The notes beneath the pieces are model-generated. The model was not told the origin of the DNA. It saw only the letters and a list, made by a program, of their open reading frames with translations, and searched no databases. From a virus (taxonomy: Duplodnaviria; Caudoviricetes), in IMG/VR virus record IMGVR_UViG_3300044954_000337, positions 1,179 through 65,178 of that record: a stretch of DNA of 64,000 bases. The stretch is one strand, 5' to 3'. Below are positions 8,754-18,718 of this stretch, piece by piece. The position numbers and the translations under genes are program-made. Each line of letters starts with the position of its first letter. The stretch's first letter is position 1.

Positions 8754-11700
8754 TCAATCCTCTCTGACCTTGTATATTTTTCTGATGTTGGTGCTTAGGC
8801 CATACTCGTTCTTTTGGAAAACAGAGGTGATGACGGTGTTCTTTTGAAGCTTTTCATTTTCTTCTGCAGAGCCACCATAACTCCATATGCTACACATATG
8901 CGTGGAACCATTAGAACCCATGAGAGCTACTTTCATGTATTTTCTTCCTGTGCGGGCGGTAGCAAGAGTACAATTTTGTACTATGGCCCAATAGGCAGAA
9001 TTCTCACTCTCCCATAGCTCAATCGGAGAAATGTCGTTATCGTTTAGGAATTGTTCAATCCCCGGGGTCATAATAAGGCTTAGATCCACAGAGCCGCCAA
9101 GTTCTAGTTGAAATCTCAGCTTCTCCTCCGGGGTCCAGTCTGGAAGGGTTTGAACTTCCTCAATAAACTGCTTTAGAAGTTCCTCGTGATTTCTATTTTT
9201 CTTCCTGGCGAGAGCCTTCTTTATTTGATCGCCCTTCTCCACCATAACCTCATACATCTGCCTGTAGTTTTGAAAGGTTTTTCCTGGTCCTACAAGGCCC
9301 ATGGAGTCAAAAGCTTCCATCTTGACGAGGGTAGCCAGAGCACGCTTGTTAAACTTGCTGTGACGCCATATGGTGTGCAGGGAGTTTTTTGTCCACAGAA
9401 GATCCTCAAGGGACTTATATGGCCTGTAGTCATTTATTTCTCTAACAACCGTTGTACCAACGTGCTTAAGAGAGGCAAAGCTTGGAATCAAGAGATTTCC
9501 CTGGATGGTGTACTCGTGCTCTGACAAGTTAATGTCCGGTTTTCCAAACCGGAATCCAAGAGCCTTAGCTTCCTTTATGGCAACTGCCTTTGGATCCTCC
9601 TGTCCAGAAACCTTTCCCTTGTCTGTGGAGCAGTAGTCAATATAGGTGGTGATCCACTCATCCGGGTAATAGGTAAACAGCCACGCACAACAATAGCTGT
9701 TTATGCTATAGGAAATAGCGTGAGCCTTGTTGAACAAGTAAGCGGCACACATGTCAATGTCATCAAAGATTCTAGCAGAAACATGTTCCTCGATGCCATT
9801 TACCGACTTGCACCTCTTGGTAAAGTCATCCCTTAGTCTCTTTTGTTCTGCCTTGGCCTTTTCTTTGTTAGAAATTTCTTTTTTGGTGAAGGCTTTTCTA
9901 ATGGAGTCAGTCTCCGCCAGGGGCACACCAGCAAGTTTGTGATAAATAAGCTGGAGATCCTCTTGATAAATAATGGTGTCTCTGTTAGGACCAAAGACTT
10001 CCTTAAGAAGGGGATGAAGATATGTTGTTTTGCCTTCTGTGCGGGTTTCAAGATATCTATTATGGGAGCCGACTCCCATAGGACCCGGCCTAAATAGGCT
10101 GGTAATGTCGGCTAGGTCAAACACCGAAGTTGGCTTAACAAGAGCGGCATAGTTTTGAACCTTGGGGTCGATGAACTGGAAAATGCCAGCAAACCTATTG
10201 CTCCAGAAAACATTTTTGTAGACGTTAATGTCATCGTAAGCATTGTTGTCAGGATGAAGGTTGGCATCAAACCACTCCTTTATTTGAGAGAAGGTTGGGT
10301 GTTTGTTTCCTTGCTTCTTTAGGATTTTTCTGACACAGTTTTCAAACATCCTCAAGGTACCAAGACCAAGAATGTCAAACTTGAGAAAACCAAATTCCTC
10401 AAGGTGTCGGGCATTCACGCCCTCCGGCCACGGTGTTTGCAAACCGCCTTTTGCCTTGATGAGCGGCATATTACCAGGGGCATTTTCTGTAATGAGAACA
10501 CCGCCAGCATGTCGGGAGACATTTCTAACTTGCTTAAACAAGATTTTGAGGGCAACCTCAAAATCTGGGTACTTCTTCATCTTTTCCATAAACTCACGGA
10601 AAGATGGGCTATCTTTTTCTGCGTCCTCTACCGTAAACTGCCAGACGCCTGCATCAAAGCCTGGCCTGGCCTTTGCCACCGCAAGGGCTTCGCTTCTCAT
10701 TTTTGCGGTATATTTGTTGACCTCCTCGAAAGGCACACCAAATATTTTGGCAAGGTCCTTGATAAGGGACGCCACCTGTAGTTGAGAAAAATTGGAAACG
10801 GGGATGACGTTTTCATCGCCGAAATATTCAGCGATAAGCTTTACAGCCTTATCTCTGTCTGACCAGTCATTGTCAATATCGGCCACGCCTTTTTTAAACT
10901 TTGAACCGAATCGCTCCCAAAGCGTTCCCCACCTTATGGGATCAACCTGGGAAATACCAAGAAGGTAAGCAATAAGAGAGCCACCTACGCTTCCCCTGCC
11001 ACTTCCAACAAACAACTCGGAAGTAGTAAGTTCCATGATTTTGGCATAGGTGAGGAAATATTTCGCCCACCCAATTACTTTTATGTCATCCAATTCCGTG
11101 TGGAGACGGGCGATGTAGTCTTTTTTCTCATGCAAGTTCCTTGCAATCAGCTTTTGTTTACAAAGTCTGAGGAGTTCCTTGTAGGCAATATCGTCCTCAG
11201 AAAGCTCAACATTTCCTGACTTAGACTTATGGGCATCAATATTCTCTGTTGGAATAAGCTTTGTGATGGCAGGAAGTTTTACCTTCCTGTCGATTTCTGG
11301 ATTTTCAATTTGCTCGTGGGCAATTGTCCAAGTTCTTTCGATGGCATCGCAAATGAGATCATCGTCATAGAAATCATATCCCTTGGAGTATTTCTTGTAG
11401 GACTCCCAAACTTGCTCTACGTTTTTGGGATAGAGTTCACACTTAAGGTCATCCATGGACTTTGGAATTTTTTCCAAACTGGCGTCTTCTTTGGTTTTAG
11501 ACATCCAGGCCATCATTTTGTAGAGTTCGCGCTCTTTCCAATGCGATGGATCCGAGTAGTGGGCATCTACCGTTACAATTAGAGGAGTATTTGTTCTTTT
11601 GGAAGCCTCAATAAAGTGATAGTTGGCGAGATGCTGTGCTCCAAGGTTGTTCCACTGAAGTTCTAGATAGAAATTCTCGTCTCCGAGAGCCCACTTGAAT

Positions 11701-12500
11701 TTTTCAATGGCTTCCTTTATCTCTGCTTGAATTTTTTCAAAGTTTTCCTGCGAGGGAGCAAACTTTTTCCAATCTGGCTCCGTTTGATGCTTAAAAACAA
11801 TATCTGCAAGCATTCCGGCTACACATGCTTGGGAGGCAATAATATTACCCTTGGCCTCCTGTTTTAAAATGTTGAAGTCAATTCTCGGAAACCTGTAGAA
11901 GCCCTCGATAAACGACCTAGAGGTAATTTTAAACAGAGACTTCAAACCCTCAGAGTTTTTCGCCAGAAGGACAAGATGATGGCGTCTTTTTAGCGGATCT
12001 CTAACTGGTCCACCCTTGGATTCTTCTTCGTTTTCTACGATGGTGCCGCCCTCGTTGTCAGAGGAGTCATCCGACACGACTTTATGACCATTGTCAGAAA
12101 GAGTTTCTACAAGGTCTTTTGTGGTGTTTGCAAACTCGTCCCCAAGTGCCGATGGCATTTCTGCGGTTCTATATGCACTTTCCTGGTTCTGCTGCTCTTT
12201 TTCCTTAGCAGCCGCTTTTTCATCTGCTAGTTTTTGCTTATAGTCCGACCACTCGGAAAGATTAGGATGAAAATATGCCTCAATGCCAGGAATATATTTA
12301 ATACCACCTCCGAGATTTTTGGAGGCATGGTAGGCAAAGCTGTAGGAGTTCATGTTGCCATGGTCGGTAATGGCATGAGCACTCAGGCCATTTTTCATGG
12401 CAAAAGAAAGGTGGTCAAACGGTGTACCAATAGCATCACCAGGGGAACCCTGGGTGGTATGGTTATGGAGTCCTACAAATTTTTTAGGAATTTTTGTCAT
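8754..12500 (-). CDS. dnaE: DNA polymerase III alpha subunit (family C)
   Basis: PHP motifs LHNHT, AITDHG, GIEAY, HLVLLAKN, DAHY; GSGRGS; DIDND; RHAGGV; KFDILGL; GIFQF; RPGP; YQE; FNKAHA. Confidence 0.95.
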   Translation of the reverse strand: MTKIPKKFVGLHNHTTQGSPGDAIGTPFDHLSFAMKNGLSAHAITDHGNMNSYSFAYHASKNLGGGIKYIPGIEAYFHPNLSEWSDYKQKLADEKAAAKEKEQQNQESAYRTAEMPSALGDEFANTTKDLVETLSDNGHKVVSDDSSDNEGGTIVENEEESKGGPVRDPLKRRHHLVLLAKNSEGLKSLFKITSRSFIEGFYRFPRIDFNILKQEAKGNIIASQACVAGMLADIVFKHQTEPDWKKFAPSQENFEKIQAEIKEAIEKFKWALGDENFYLELQWNNLGAQHLANYHFIEASKRTNTPLIVTVDAHYSDPSHWKERELYKMMAWMSKTKEDASLEKIPKSMDDLKCELYPKNVEQVWESYKKYSKGYDFYDDDLICDAIERTWTIAHEQIENPEIDRKVKLPAITKLIPTENIDAHKSKSGNVELSEDDIAYKELLRLCKQKLIARNLHEKKDYIARLHTELDDIKVIGWAKYFLTYAKIMELTTSELFVGSGRGSVGGSLIAYLLGISQVDPIRWGTLWERFGSKFKKGVADIDNDWSDRDKAVKLIAEYFGDENVIPVSNFSQLQVASLIKDLAKIFGVPFEEVNKYTAKMRSEALAVAKARPGFDAGVWQFTVEDAEKDSPSFREFMEKMKKYPDFEVALKILFKQVRNVSRHAGGVLITENAPGNMPLIKAKGGLQTPWPEGVNARHLEEFGFLKFDILGLGTLRMFENCVRKILKKQGNKHPTFSQIKEWFDANLHPDNNAYDDINVYKNVFWSNRFAGIFQFIDPKVQNYAALVKPTSVFDLADITSLFRPGPMGVGSHNRYLETRTEGKTTYLHPLLKEVFGPNRDTIIYQEDLQLIYHKLAGVPLAETDSIRKAFTKKEISNKEKAKAEQKRLRDDFTKRCKSVNGIEEHVSARIFDDIDMCAAYLFNKAHAISYSINSYCCAWLFTYYPDEWITTYIDYCSTDKGKVSGQEDPKAVAIKEAKALGFRFGKPDINLSEHEYTIQGNLLIPSFASLKHVGTTVVREINDYRPYKSLEDLLWTKNSLHTIWRHSKFNKRALATLVKMEAFDSMGLVGPGKTFQNYRQMYEVMVEKGDQIKKALARKKNRNHEELLKQFIEEVQTLPDWTPEEKLRFQLELGGSVDLSLIMTPGIEQFLNDNDISPIELWESENSAYWAIVQNCTLATARTGRKYMKVALMGSNGSTHMCSIWSYGGSAEENEKLQKNTVITSVFQKNEYGLSTNIRKIYKVRED

Positions 12501-12505
12501 AGTAA

Positions 12506-13345
12506 TCAGAAAAAGGAGAGCAGATGTTTGGGTTGCTTAATTTTTTCTGCCCTGCCAGTACGGATGTCAAAAATTTTCTTGAATCCTATGCCGAGAGGAA
12601 AAAATAGAATAAGGTCTTCCATAGGAGTATTCTCATCCAAGAGAATTTTTTCTATCTGCGGGGAACAGTAACTAGTTTTTGTTTGTAAGAAATCCCAGGC
12701 AAGCTGCTGTAGAAATTCAGTCCTAGAATCGTCGTCCCAAAAACCAGCCGGAAATTTTGATAAGTATTTTCCGAGTCTTTGGATATTGTTCTTTGCAAGT
12801 TTCTTTTTTTCTACTTGAGTAGAATTTTCTGCAATATATAGGTTTCGTTTGTAGGACAACTTTTTTGTACCAATCAAATGCGGAACAAGTTCGCTATAGG
12901 CCATTTCATAGGTACCATATTTATCCCGGTAAATTGCAACCTTGCAGTTGTCAAAGTCAAATTGACCAAGAATTTCCTCCACGGTTCCGAACTTCGTTTT
13001 GATTAACTGCCAGATTTGGTTGTGTCCGCCGACAGTATATGCCCTGACGGACTCTCCAAAGTAGAATTGCTCACCCAGATCGCGCTGCGAGAGGTCCAAG
13101 TCCTTCTTAAAGAAAATGTTAGCAAAATCAATAGCCTTCTTGTATTCTTCCTCGGAAGAAAAAAAGAAATCAATGTCACCCTGGCGACTTGTTAAATCCG
13201 TTTCCATTTTTACATGCAACGGAAAACCGCCTGCAATACAACAGTCAAAATTCCGAAGCATGGACTCTACAAACTCCCATGCCTTTAGATTAAAATGCAT
13301 CTGTAATGTCTTCGTGCTAACGAATTGATGTAGAAATTCTGTCAT
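12506..13345 (-). CDS. Pol-beta-superfamily nucleotidyltransferase-like protein
   Basis: CIAGGF...GDIDFFF, WQLI, QFDFDNCKVA, R..KY. Confidence 0.7.
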   Translation of the reverse strand: MTEFLHQFVSTKTLQMHFNLKAWEFVESMLRNFDCCIAGGFPLHVKMETDLTSRQGDIDFFFSSEEEYKKAIDFANIFFKKDLDLSQRDLGEQFYFGESVRAYTVGGHNQIWQLIKTKFGTVEEILGQFDFDNCKVAIYRDKYGTYEMAYSELVPHLIGTKKLSYKRNLYIAENSTQVEKKKLAKNNIQRLGKYLSKFPAGFWDDDSRTEFLQQLAWDFLQTKTSYCSPQIEKILLDENTPMEDLILFFPLGIGFKKIFDIRTGRAEKIKQPKHLLSFF

Positions 13346-13351
13346 GGCTTC

Positions 13352-13380
13352 AGTCTAGCAGAGGACGGGTCAGTCTGCAA
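13352..13380 (-). promoter_or_regulatory. sigma70-like promoter, leaderless configuration
   Basis: TTGCAG-17 nt-(TGc)TAGACT-6 nt-ATG. Confidence 0.6.
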
Positions 13381-13870
13381 CCCTCATCAAAAGCATCGGT
13401 GCAACTACCCTTGCATATTCCCTAGCTCCTCTTCTTGACATATGAATCCCGTCTGAGGCTAGGTGAATTCTTGGTCTATAGTATCTTGGAACCGTCATGT
13501 GGAAAACGTGAGTGCCAGAAGGAAGAGATTCCACTAGGGTACTTACATTTTCTTTTATCGACCTCCACGTCCGCCCATGGACTCTATCATTTCCTCCAAG
13601 AGACACAAGTACAATGTCTGCTCCCTCGCACACTTCTGCAAAATCACCAGACCTAATCCACCGTCTGGAAGTCCATCCTCTTCTTCCCTCTGCCCTTATT
13701 TCGTATTCTTCTCCAAGTTCCTCTTGAAGTACCCGTAGAAAATACGACCCAGGCACAACATGAGAATCACCAACGGCACATACAATATGACTAGGTTGGC
13801 TTCTCGCCGTCGCCGGTAACAAAAAAAGATTTACTGAGAAAAAGAGCGTAAACCAAAAATATTTTGTCAT
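13370..13870 (-). CDS. secreted SGNH/GDSL hydrolase
   Basis: Signal peptide; VGDSH, G, LGGND, DGIH blocks. Confidence 0.85.
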   Translation of the reverse strand: MTKYFWFTLFFSVNLFLLPATARSQPSHIVCAVGDSHVVPGSYFLRVLQEELGEEYEIRAEGRRGWTSRRWIRSGDFAEVCEGADIVLVSLGGNDRVHGRTWRSIKENVSTLVESLPSGTHVFHMTVPRYYRPRIHLASDGIHMSRRGAREYARVVAPMLLMRVAD

Positions 13871-13891
13871 GCCTTAATTAGGCACGACTAA

Positions 13892-14785
13892 TCAAAGGTT
13901 GACCGGGGCTACGGAAGTAAAAAGACTCTCTTCAAATAATCCAGATTCCTTAGCATATTTTCTGGTTCTAGAATATCTTTCTTTCCAGTTGGCATAGGAA
14001 TTTGTGCCCAAGTTTTTAACAAGCAACTTAGAAAAATCAAGAGGTCCGTGTCCCTGCCCTAGAAGGGCCTCAAGAACCGACCTGGCCTTACTTGGAGCAT
14101 TTACAGAAAAGCTGTGATAGATGCACATAGCAAGATCAAGTTCATTGCTAATGTTTGTTCCAACGAGGGCAGCAGAGGCATTTTCAATCTTGCAATACCT
14201 TGAGTAGACAGTATTTTCAAGAATTTTATGCGACTCAAGCAAACCATTTTTTGTCTGTCTAATCTGGCAGGCAAATGTGGCAGGGTCCTCAAAAAGCTTA
14301 TTAAAGGTTTCTGCCCACCTTACAGCCTTTTCAAAATCTGGCCCTGATTCTGGCACGACGCCAGCAACCGGGGAAAGTTCGTTTCTTATTTCTTGACCGG
14401 TAACAGCCGCTCCGGTATCCTTTTTCCTAAGGACGCCCTTTGTATCGAGGTACCATCCCACATTTCCTAGAGCATTTTTCATTCTGATCCAGGTTGGACT
14501 TGTGTCAGGGAGAGCTTCGTCTATTTTAGACAAGAGACCCCACAGGCTTCCTGGTTCCATGCTACGAGGTAGTAGGCCGATACAGTGCTCTAGTCCAGCC
14601 GACATACCACAACCATCGTAGGACTGTACTGAGCCAAATACTCCACCACCTTCCACACAGGCGGTAAGCCATGCTGCTTTTTCTAGGTGATTTTCCCGCT
14701 TAACCGAAGTGGCTTCCCACTTGGTAGAGCCTTTTATAACAATACCTGCCCACTGTTTATAAGTCACACGACGCGCTTGAGACAT
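13892..14785 (-). CDS. putative lysozyme-like peptidoglycan hydrolase
   Basis: VEGGG..GSVQSYDGCGMSAG resembles the E...YD...S.G catalytic signature of lysozyme-fold muramidases. Confidence 0.4.
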   Translation of the reverse strand: MSQARRVTYKQWAGIVIKGSTKWEATSVKRENHLEKAAWLTACVEGGGVFGSVQSYDGCGMSAGLEHCIGLLPRSMEPGSLWGLLSKIDEALPDTSPTWIRMKNALGNVGWYLDTKGVLRKKDTGAAVTGQEIRNELSPVAGVVPESGPDFEKAVRWAETFNKLFEDPATFACQIRQTKNGLLESHKILENTVYSRYCKIENASAALVGTNISNELDLAMCIYHSFSVNAPSKARSVLEALLGQGHGPLDFSKLLVKNLGTNSYANWKERYSRTRKYAKESGLFEESLFTSVAPVNL

Positions 14786-15291
14786 TCTTTATTCTCCCTA
14801 TATCTTGCCCACCGTTTAAGTTGAGCAACGCTCAATTTACGACGAGTTTCACTTGTCATTGGTGGTCTTGTTTTCCAAGCTTTTCTTAAAGCTTCTTTGT
14901 GCTCTTTTGAAAGTTTTACACCCCTGTTTGCATTTGACAATTTTTGTTTATGTTCAAATGTTAATTTTCGTCCTCTTGATGGTGCTTCTGCCAGATTGGA
15001 CAAATTATAACACATTTTTTGATTGTCATAATACTGGTCCAGATATTTCTGTTCAACCTTTAAAAGATTTTCTGGCAAACATATTTCAAGAATAGAAAAT
15101 TCAAAAGAGGCTTCACCACATTTATGAAAATCATTTTCTAAAAATTTATTAGTGTGAAGTCTACGTCTCATTTTTGAAAAATGAGAATCACGTCTTTGAA
15201 AGACGGACAGAGAACTGCCGATGTAAAGTCGATTGTTGATTTTATTTAACAATCGATATACACCACTAACTCGTCTTGGTGCTTGTGTCAT
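14764..15291 (-). mobile_element. free-standing GIY-YIG homing endonuclease with NUMOD3-like repeats
   Basis: SGVYRLLNKINNRLYIGSS, R..H, E, YN; EHKQKLS / EHKEALR / SETRRKLS repeats; AT-rich. Confidence 0.9.
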
Positions 15292-15905
15292 GTTACATAT
15301 GGTAGGAGACGAAGTTCAAATTGGATGTTGGATCTGGCCTTAGACTCATATTTGTTTCGAAAGTGTTCCGTAGAATAAATGTTTCGCCTAGCAAGGAACT
15401 TCTCAAGAATTTTCTTGCGATTTTCCACGTAGACAGATTTTTCTACAAAGGAATATTCCTTGCGGATATTTTCCGCGTATTCCTGATATGTTTTTTCGTC
15501 TGCGCCAAGAATGGAAAGGTCAATGTCCAGAAAATACTGGGTAGCAAGGTCGAGCTTATCATAAACAAGATGACCGCTGGTAGCCTCAATCATTTTTACG
15601 ATTGAGGAAACAATAGACTTGCCGACTGTTAGTTCTTGGTACTTATACAGAGAATCCCACGCAAGTTGTGCGCTGTCTATTTCGTTCTGACCCCAAGGTG
15701 CTTTCGGGTCATAAACGCTATCATGGAACCAAATAGCGTATTCTATCGCTAGCCGTTCGCTGACATCCGGTTTTGAAATACTTTCAACGTCCATCAGTTC
15801 CTTGAGTTCCCTGAGGCAGTGCTGAACATGGGAAAGGTTGTGATAGTGCCTGTGGGGTTCTCCATAAAGAACAGTGAGCTTGGAACGAAGGTCTAGACTA
15901 ATCAT
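15288..15905 (-). CDS. HD-superfamily metal-dependent phosphohydrolase
   Basis: RHYHNLSHV, WFHDSVYDP, NE..SA, DIDLSILG, IRKEY. Confidence 0.85.
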   Translation of the reverse strand: MISLDLRSKLTVLYGEPHRHYHNLSHVQHCLRELKELMDVESISKPDVSERLAIEYAIWFHDSVYDPKAPWGQNEIDSAQLAWDSLYKYQELTVGKSIVSSIVKMIEATSGHLVYDKLDLATQYFLDIDLSILGADEKTYQEYAENIRKEYSFVEKSVYVENRKKILEKFLARRNIYSTEHFRNKYESKARSNIQFELRLLPYVT

Positions 15906-15911
15906 TTGCGC

Positions 15912-16196
15912 TTACCTGTAAACGGTTTTTGCTTCCGGTCTCTCTACTAGGGTAACATCATCTAGAATCGGTTGCAAGGTGAAAGAGCTTACACCGGTTG
16001 GTACTATTTCTACTTTTACATCCCACACATGATTTTTTTCCATTTTCTTGTGTGAAAGCCTAATTCTCTCTAACTCATCCTTCATTCTTTGAAGGGTTGC
16101 AGGAGTCAAAGGCTTGTATAAAAATAACTTTGAAAGCTGGTCCTGGTAAAGCAACAGAACCTTCTGAAGTTCTTGTGAGATGACCACTATTGTCAT
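15912..16196 (-). CDS. hypothetical protein
   Basis: 94-aa ORF, ATGA-coupled. Confidence 0.65.
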   Translation of the reverse strand: MTIVVISQELQKVLLLYQDQLSKLFLYKPLTPATLQRMKDELERIRLSHKKMEKNHVWDVKVEIVPTGVSSFTLQPILDDVTLVERPEAKTVYR

Positions 16197-16882
16197 TTAA
16201 AGTTTACCTTGGTGGATATTTGTATATTAAATTCTGGTATCCTGACGTGGTTTACTAAATTGTGTTTTACAGCTTCCTTCGGACCTATATACCAGTCAGT
16301 GTTTTTCTTTTTAGACATTAACTTGTGAAAATAAGTTTTGGAGTGTCCACAATTTAAGCTTAGAACTTCCAGTATTTTTTGATTGAGGCGTATTAATTCC
16401 TCTGCGTCCACTTTAACTTCGTCTGCATTTCCAGAGATGCCGGTCTGCCAGGCCGAGTGGATCATTATGGTTGAACTTGGGGAAGCAAATCTCATTCCTT
16501 CATTTCCGCAAGATAAAAGAACGGAGCCTGCGCTCATCGCCTTGCCCATGACAACAGTCGCCACCGGAACTGAGCTAGCTTCAATTATGTCAATCATTGA
16601 TAGCAAGGCATATATGTCACCACCATAGGAGTCAATGACAATAGGGACAACGCTTTGTCCGCTACTTTCTGCGATGTGAAAAGAATTTGCAAAGTCCCCT
16701 GCAGTTTCCTCTGTGATTTCGCCTCTCACTTGAACTATGTGCGGCAGCTTTACAAGGTCACCAGGGTTTATTAATTTGATATCTGAGTCCAAAGACACTT
16801 TGCACTTAATGGGAAATCTGGGAACATCCATGGGAAATGAAAAGTGATCATGTGTCATTTCTTGACCTTTTATATTTTTCAT
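16193..16882 (-). CDS. clpP: ClpP-like serine protease
   Basis: IDSYGGD, GKAMSAGS (catalytic Ser), IMIH (catalytic His), DWYI...EAV. Confidence 0.85.
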   Translation of the reverse strand: MKNIKGQEMTHDHFSFPMDVPRFPIKCKVSLDSDIKLINPGDLVKLPHIVQVRGEITEETAGDFANSFHIAESSGQSVVPIVIDSYGGDIYALLSMIDIIEASSVPVATVVMGKAMSAGSVLLSCGNEGMRFASPSSTIMIHSAWQTGISGNADEVKVDAEELIRLNQKILEVLSLNCGHSKTYFHKLMSKKKNTDWYIGPKEAVKHNLVNHVRIPEFNIQISTKVNFK

Positions 16883-16889
16883 ATTTTGA

Positions 16890-17447
16890 TTAAGTCTTCA
16901 ATTCTGCCATCATTTTCTTTAGGACGGCTATGGTTAAAAATACGTCAGCTTTTGACTGATGTGCATTAGTGGCGTCGATGCCATACAACTCGGCCAGATT
17001 TACCAAGGAAATATTAAAATTCTTTGGTAGCTTCCCGAGAGACTTCAAAACCAAGGCAGTTGAGGCTGTATCAAGATTGTGTCTATGAAAATAAAACTCA
17101 GAGGGCTCTAGGAGGAGGTGTTTCTTGAGAAGTTCGTTGTCAAAGTAAACATTATGCCCACAAAAACAGAGTTTTTTGTTTCTGAAATTGGTATGCTTTA
17201 AAAGAAAGTCCTTAAGTATCTGGGCACACTCGGACACTGGCCTTGCAATACGATTATGCTCTAGGATATTAATCTTGTTTATCTCTAGAGCCCGCGCCTC
17301 CACGACATAAATTCCATTTTCTGGTTTAATGGAAAATTCAATTTCATCTATAATTGAAAATTTTTCATCAAGAACTGCCCCGTAAAACGTTAAAATGCTT
17401 GCATTTTCACACAAGCCTCCGGTTTCAAAATCGTGGACAAAGTACAT
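16890..17447 (-). CDS. DEDDh 3'-5' exonuclease (DnaQ-like)
   Basis: HDFETGG, GHNVYFD, LDT, AHQSKADV. Confidence 0.9.
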   Translation of the reverse strand: MYFVHDFETGGLCENASILTFYGAVLDEKFSIIDEIEFSIKPENGIYVVEARALEINKINILEHNRIARPVSECAQILKDFLLKHTNFRNKKLCFCGHNVYFDNELLKKHLLLEPSEFYFHRHNLDTASTALVLKSLGKLPKNFNISLVNLAELYGIDATNAHQSKADVFLTIAVLKKMMAELKT

Positions 17448-17536
17448 GAGAAGTATCCTACAAGGAGGTCAAATGAAATAAACCGAAGATAAAGCCAAGT
17501 TGCCATAGGACACAGGAGAATAATTAAGATAATCCC

Positions 17537-18718
17537 GTGTCCAATAACAACAAAAAAATAAAAGAAAACATAGGTGACTTTTCTGGGTCTCCTACGTTCC
17601 AGGGAAGTCCTTTTGGGTATGGAGGACCCAAGCAGCTTGCTGCCCCTACAAAGCCCCCTGAGGACTTTGAACGGATTATAGATGACCTAGTAGCCCAGGA
17701 ACTTGAAGACATTTCTGGAGGTCAGCCAGACATTTTTACAGAGAGAAATCAAGCAGACCAGTTCTACAGGGACCTTCCAGGATTTCCTGCAACCAATACG
17801 CTGGTTGCCAAACGGATGTTCGTACCAGATGACCCGGCAGAAAAAGACAATGTTGATCTTCTTGGTCCAACCGTGGGCGGAATCGCCATTAAGGATATCC
17901 CCGGAAATACTTCCAACAACTGGAAAGCAACCACCCCAGAAAAAAGAGGAAGACAAATAATCGACATAAATGCACTTGTCAAGGACTATGAACTTCCAGA
18001 AAGTATTAGCGTTCTTGGAAGGGGTGAGTGGGGCTCTCCCTGGAATCCTGCTCAGCTTGTTGCCAAAAGAGACTGGCAAGCAGAAATAGAGCAAAATAAG
18101 GACGGCGACATAAAAGCCAAAAATCCCGTGGGAGGAATGGGTATCACGGTGAGACCAATGGTTTTTGTTCCGAAGTCAGCCGAAAATCAAATAAATATTC
18201 AAAGGGAATCTTCTGCCTCTAAGGAAGTACTTAAACCAAGGAAAAATATACAAATGTCTACCAAAAATCTTGTTGAAACAATCAAAAAAATAATATTTGA
18301 GGAACTTTCTGAGGCAGAGGAACTTGGAACCATGCAAACCTCTCAAAATATTATAAAAGCAATGGAAGACCTGGCTATAAAGTATGGAGGAAAAGGTCTT
18401 GAGGACTATGACCGGTTAGTGCCGCAGGCAGAAAAGGACAAACTAATTCGTTTTGGCAATGCCTCAATGAAACTTTCTAGGTCTATCCACGGGTCCCCAG
18501 TTGTTAAACCGCAACCCGGTGGACCAAAACCCAGTGGACCAAATATTCAACAGTTGACTGCGAGAACTCAGGATCTTGCACGTAAGTACCAGTTACAGAA
18601 ACAACAGATGCAAAATTCTGGCGTGGTCGTCCTAGGAACCCTCGTGGAAAATATCTTGGCAGAAGTCTTGCAAGAAATAATAGACGAAAGAGCAAAAGAG
18701 AATGGCAAAAATAAATAA
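17537..18718 (+). CDS. putative virion/internal head protein with several acidic amphipathic motifs
   Basis: FERIIDDLVAQELE, LVETIKKIIFEELSE, LVENILAEVLQE; TAATTA 10 nt upstream. Confidence 0.65.
   Translation: MSNNNKKIKENIGDFSGSPTFQGSPFGYGGPKQLAAPTKPPEDFERIIDDLVAQELEDISGGQPDIFTERNQADQFYRDLPGFPATNTLVAKRMFVPDDPAEKDNVDLLGPTVGGIAIKDIPGNTSNNWKATTPEKRGRQIIDINALVKDYELPESISVLGRGEWGSPWNPAQLVAKRDWQAEIEQNKDGDIKAKNPVGGMGITVRPMVFVPKSAENQINIQRESSASKEVLKPRKNIQMSTKNLVETIKKIIFEELSEAEELGTMQTSQNIIKAMEDLAIKYGGKGLEDYDRLVPQAEKDKLIRFGNASMKLSRSIHGSPVVKPQPGGPKPSGPNIQQLTARTQDLARKYQLQKQQMQNSGVVVLGTLVENILAEVLQEIIDERAKENGKNK

Noticed and set aside
11990-12250. Possible intein in DnaE
   Set aside because: The insertion is acidic and low-complexity, with no C/S start, HN end or LAGLIDADG motifs.
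14764-15291. Group I intron around the GIY-YIG gene
   Set aside because: The ORF overlaps both neighbours, leaving no room for a ribozyme core, and the flanking genes look intact.
16193-16882. ClpP as the prohead protease
   Set aside because: It lies in a DNA-metabolism operon with no portal or capsid genes nearby; not excluded, but unsupported.
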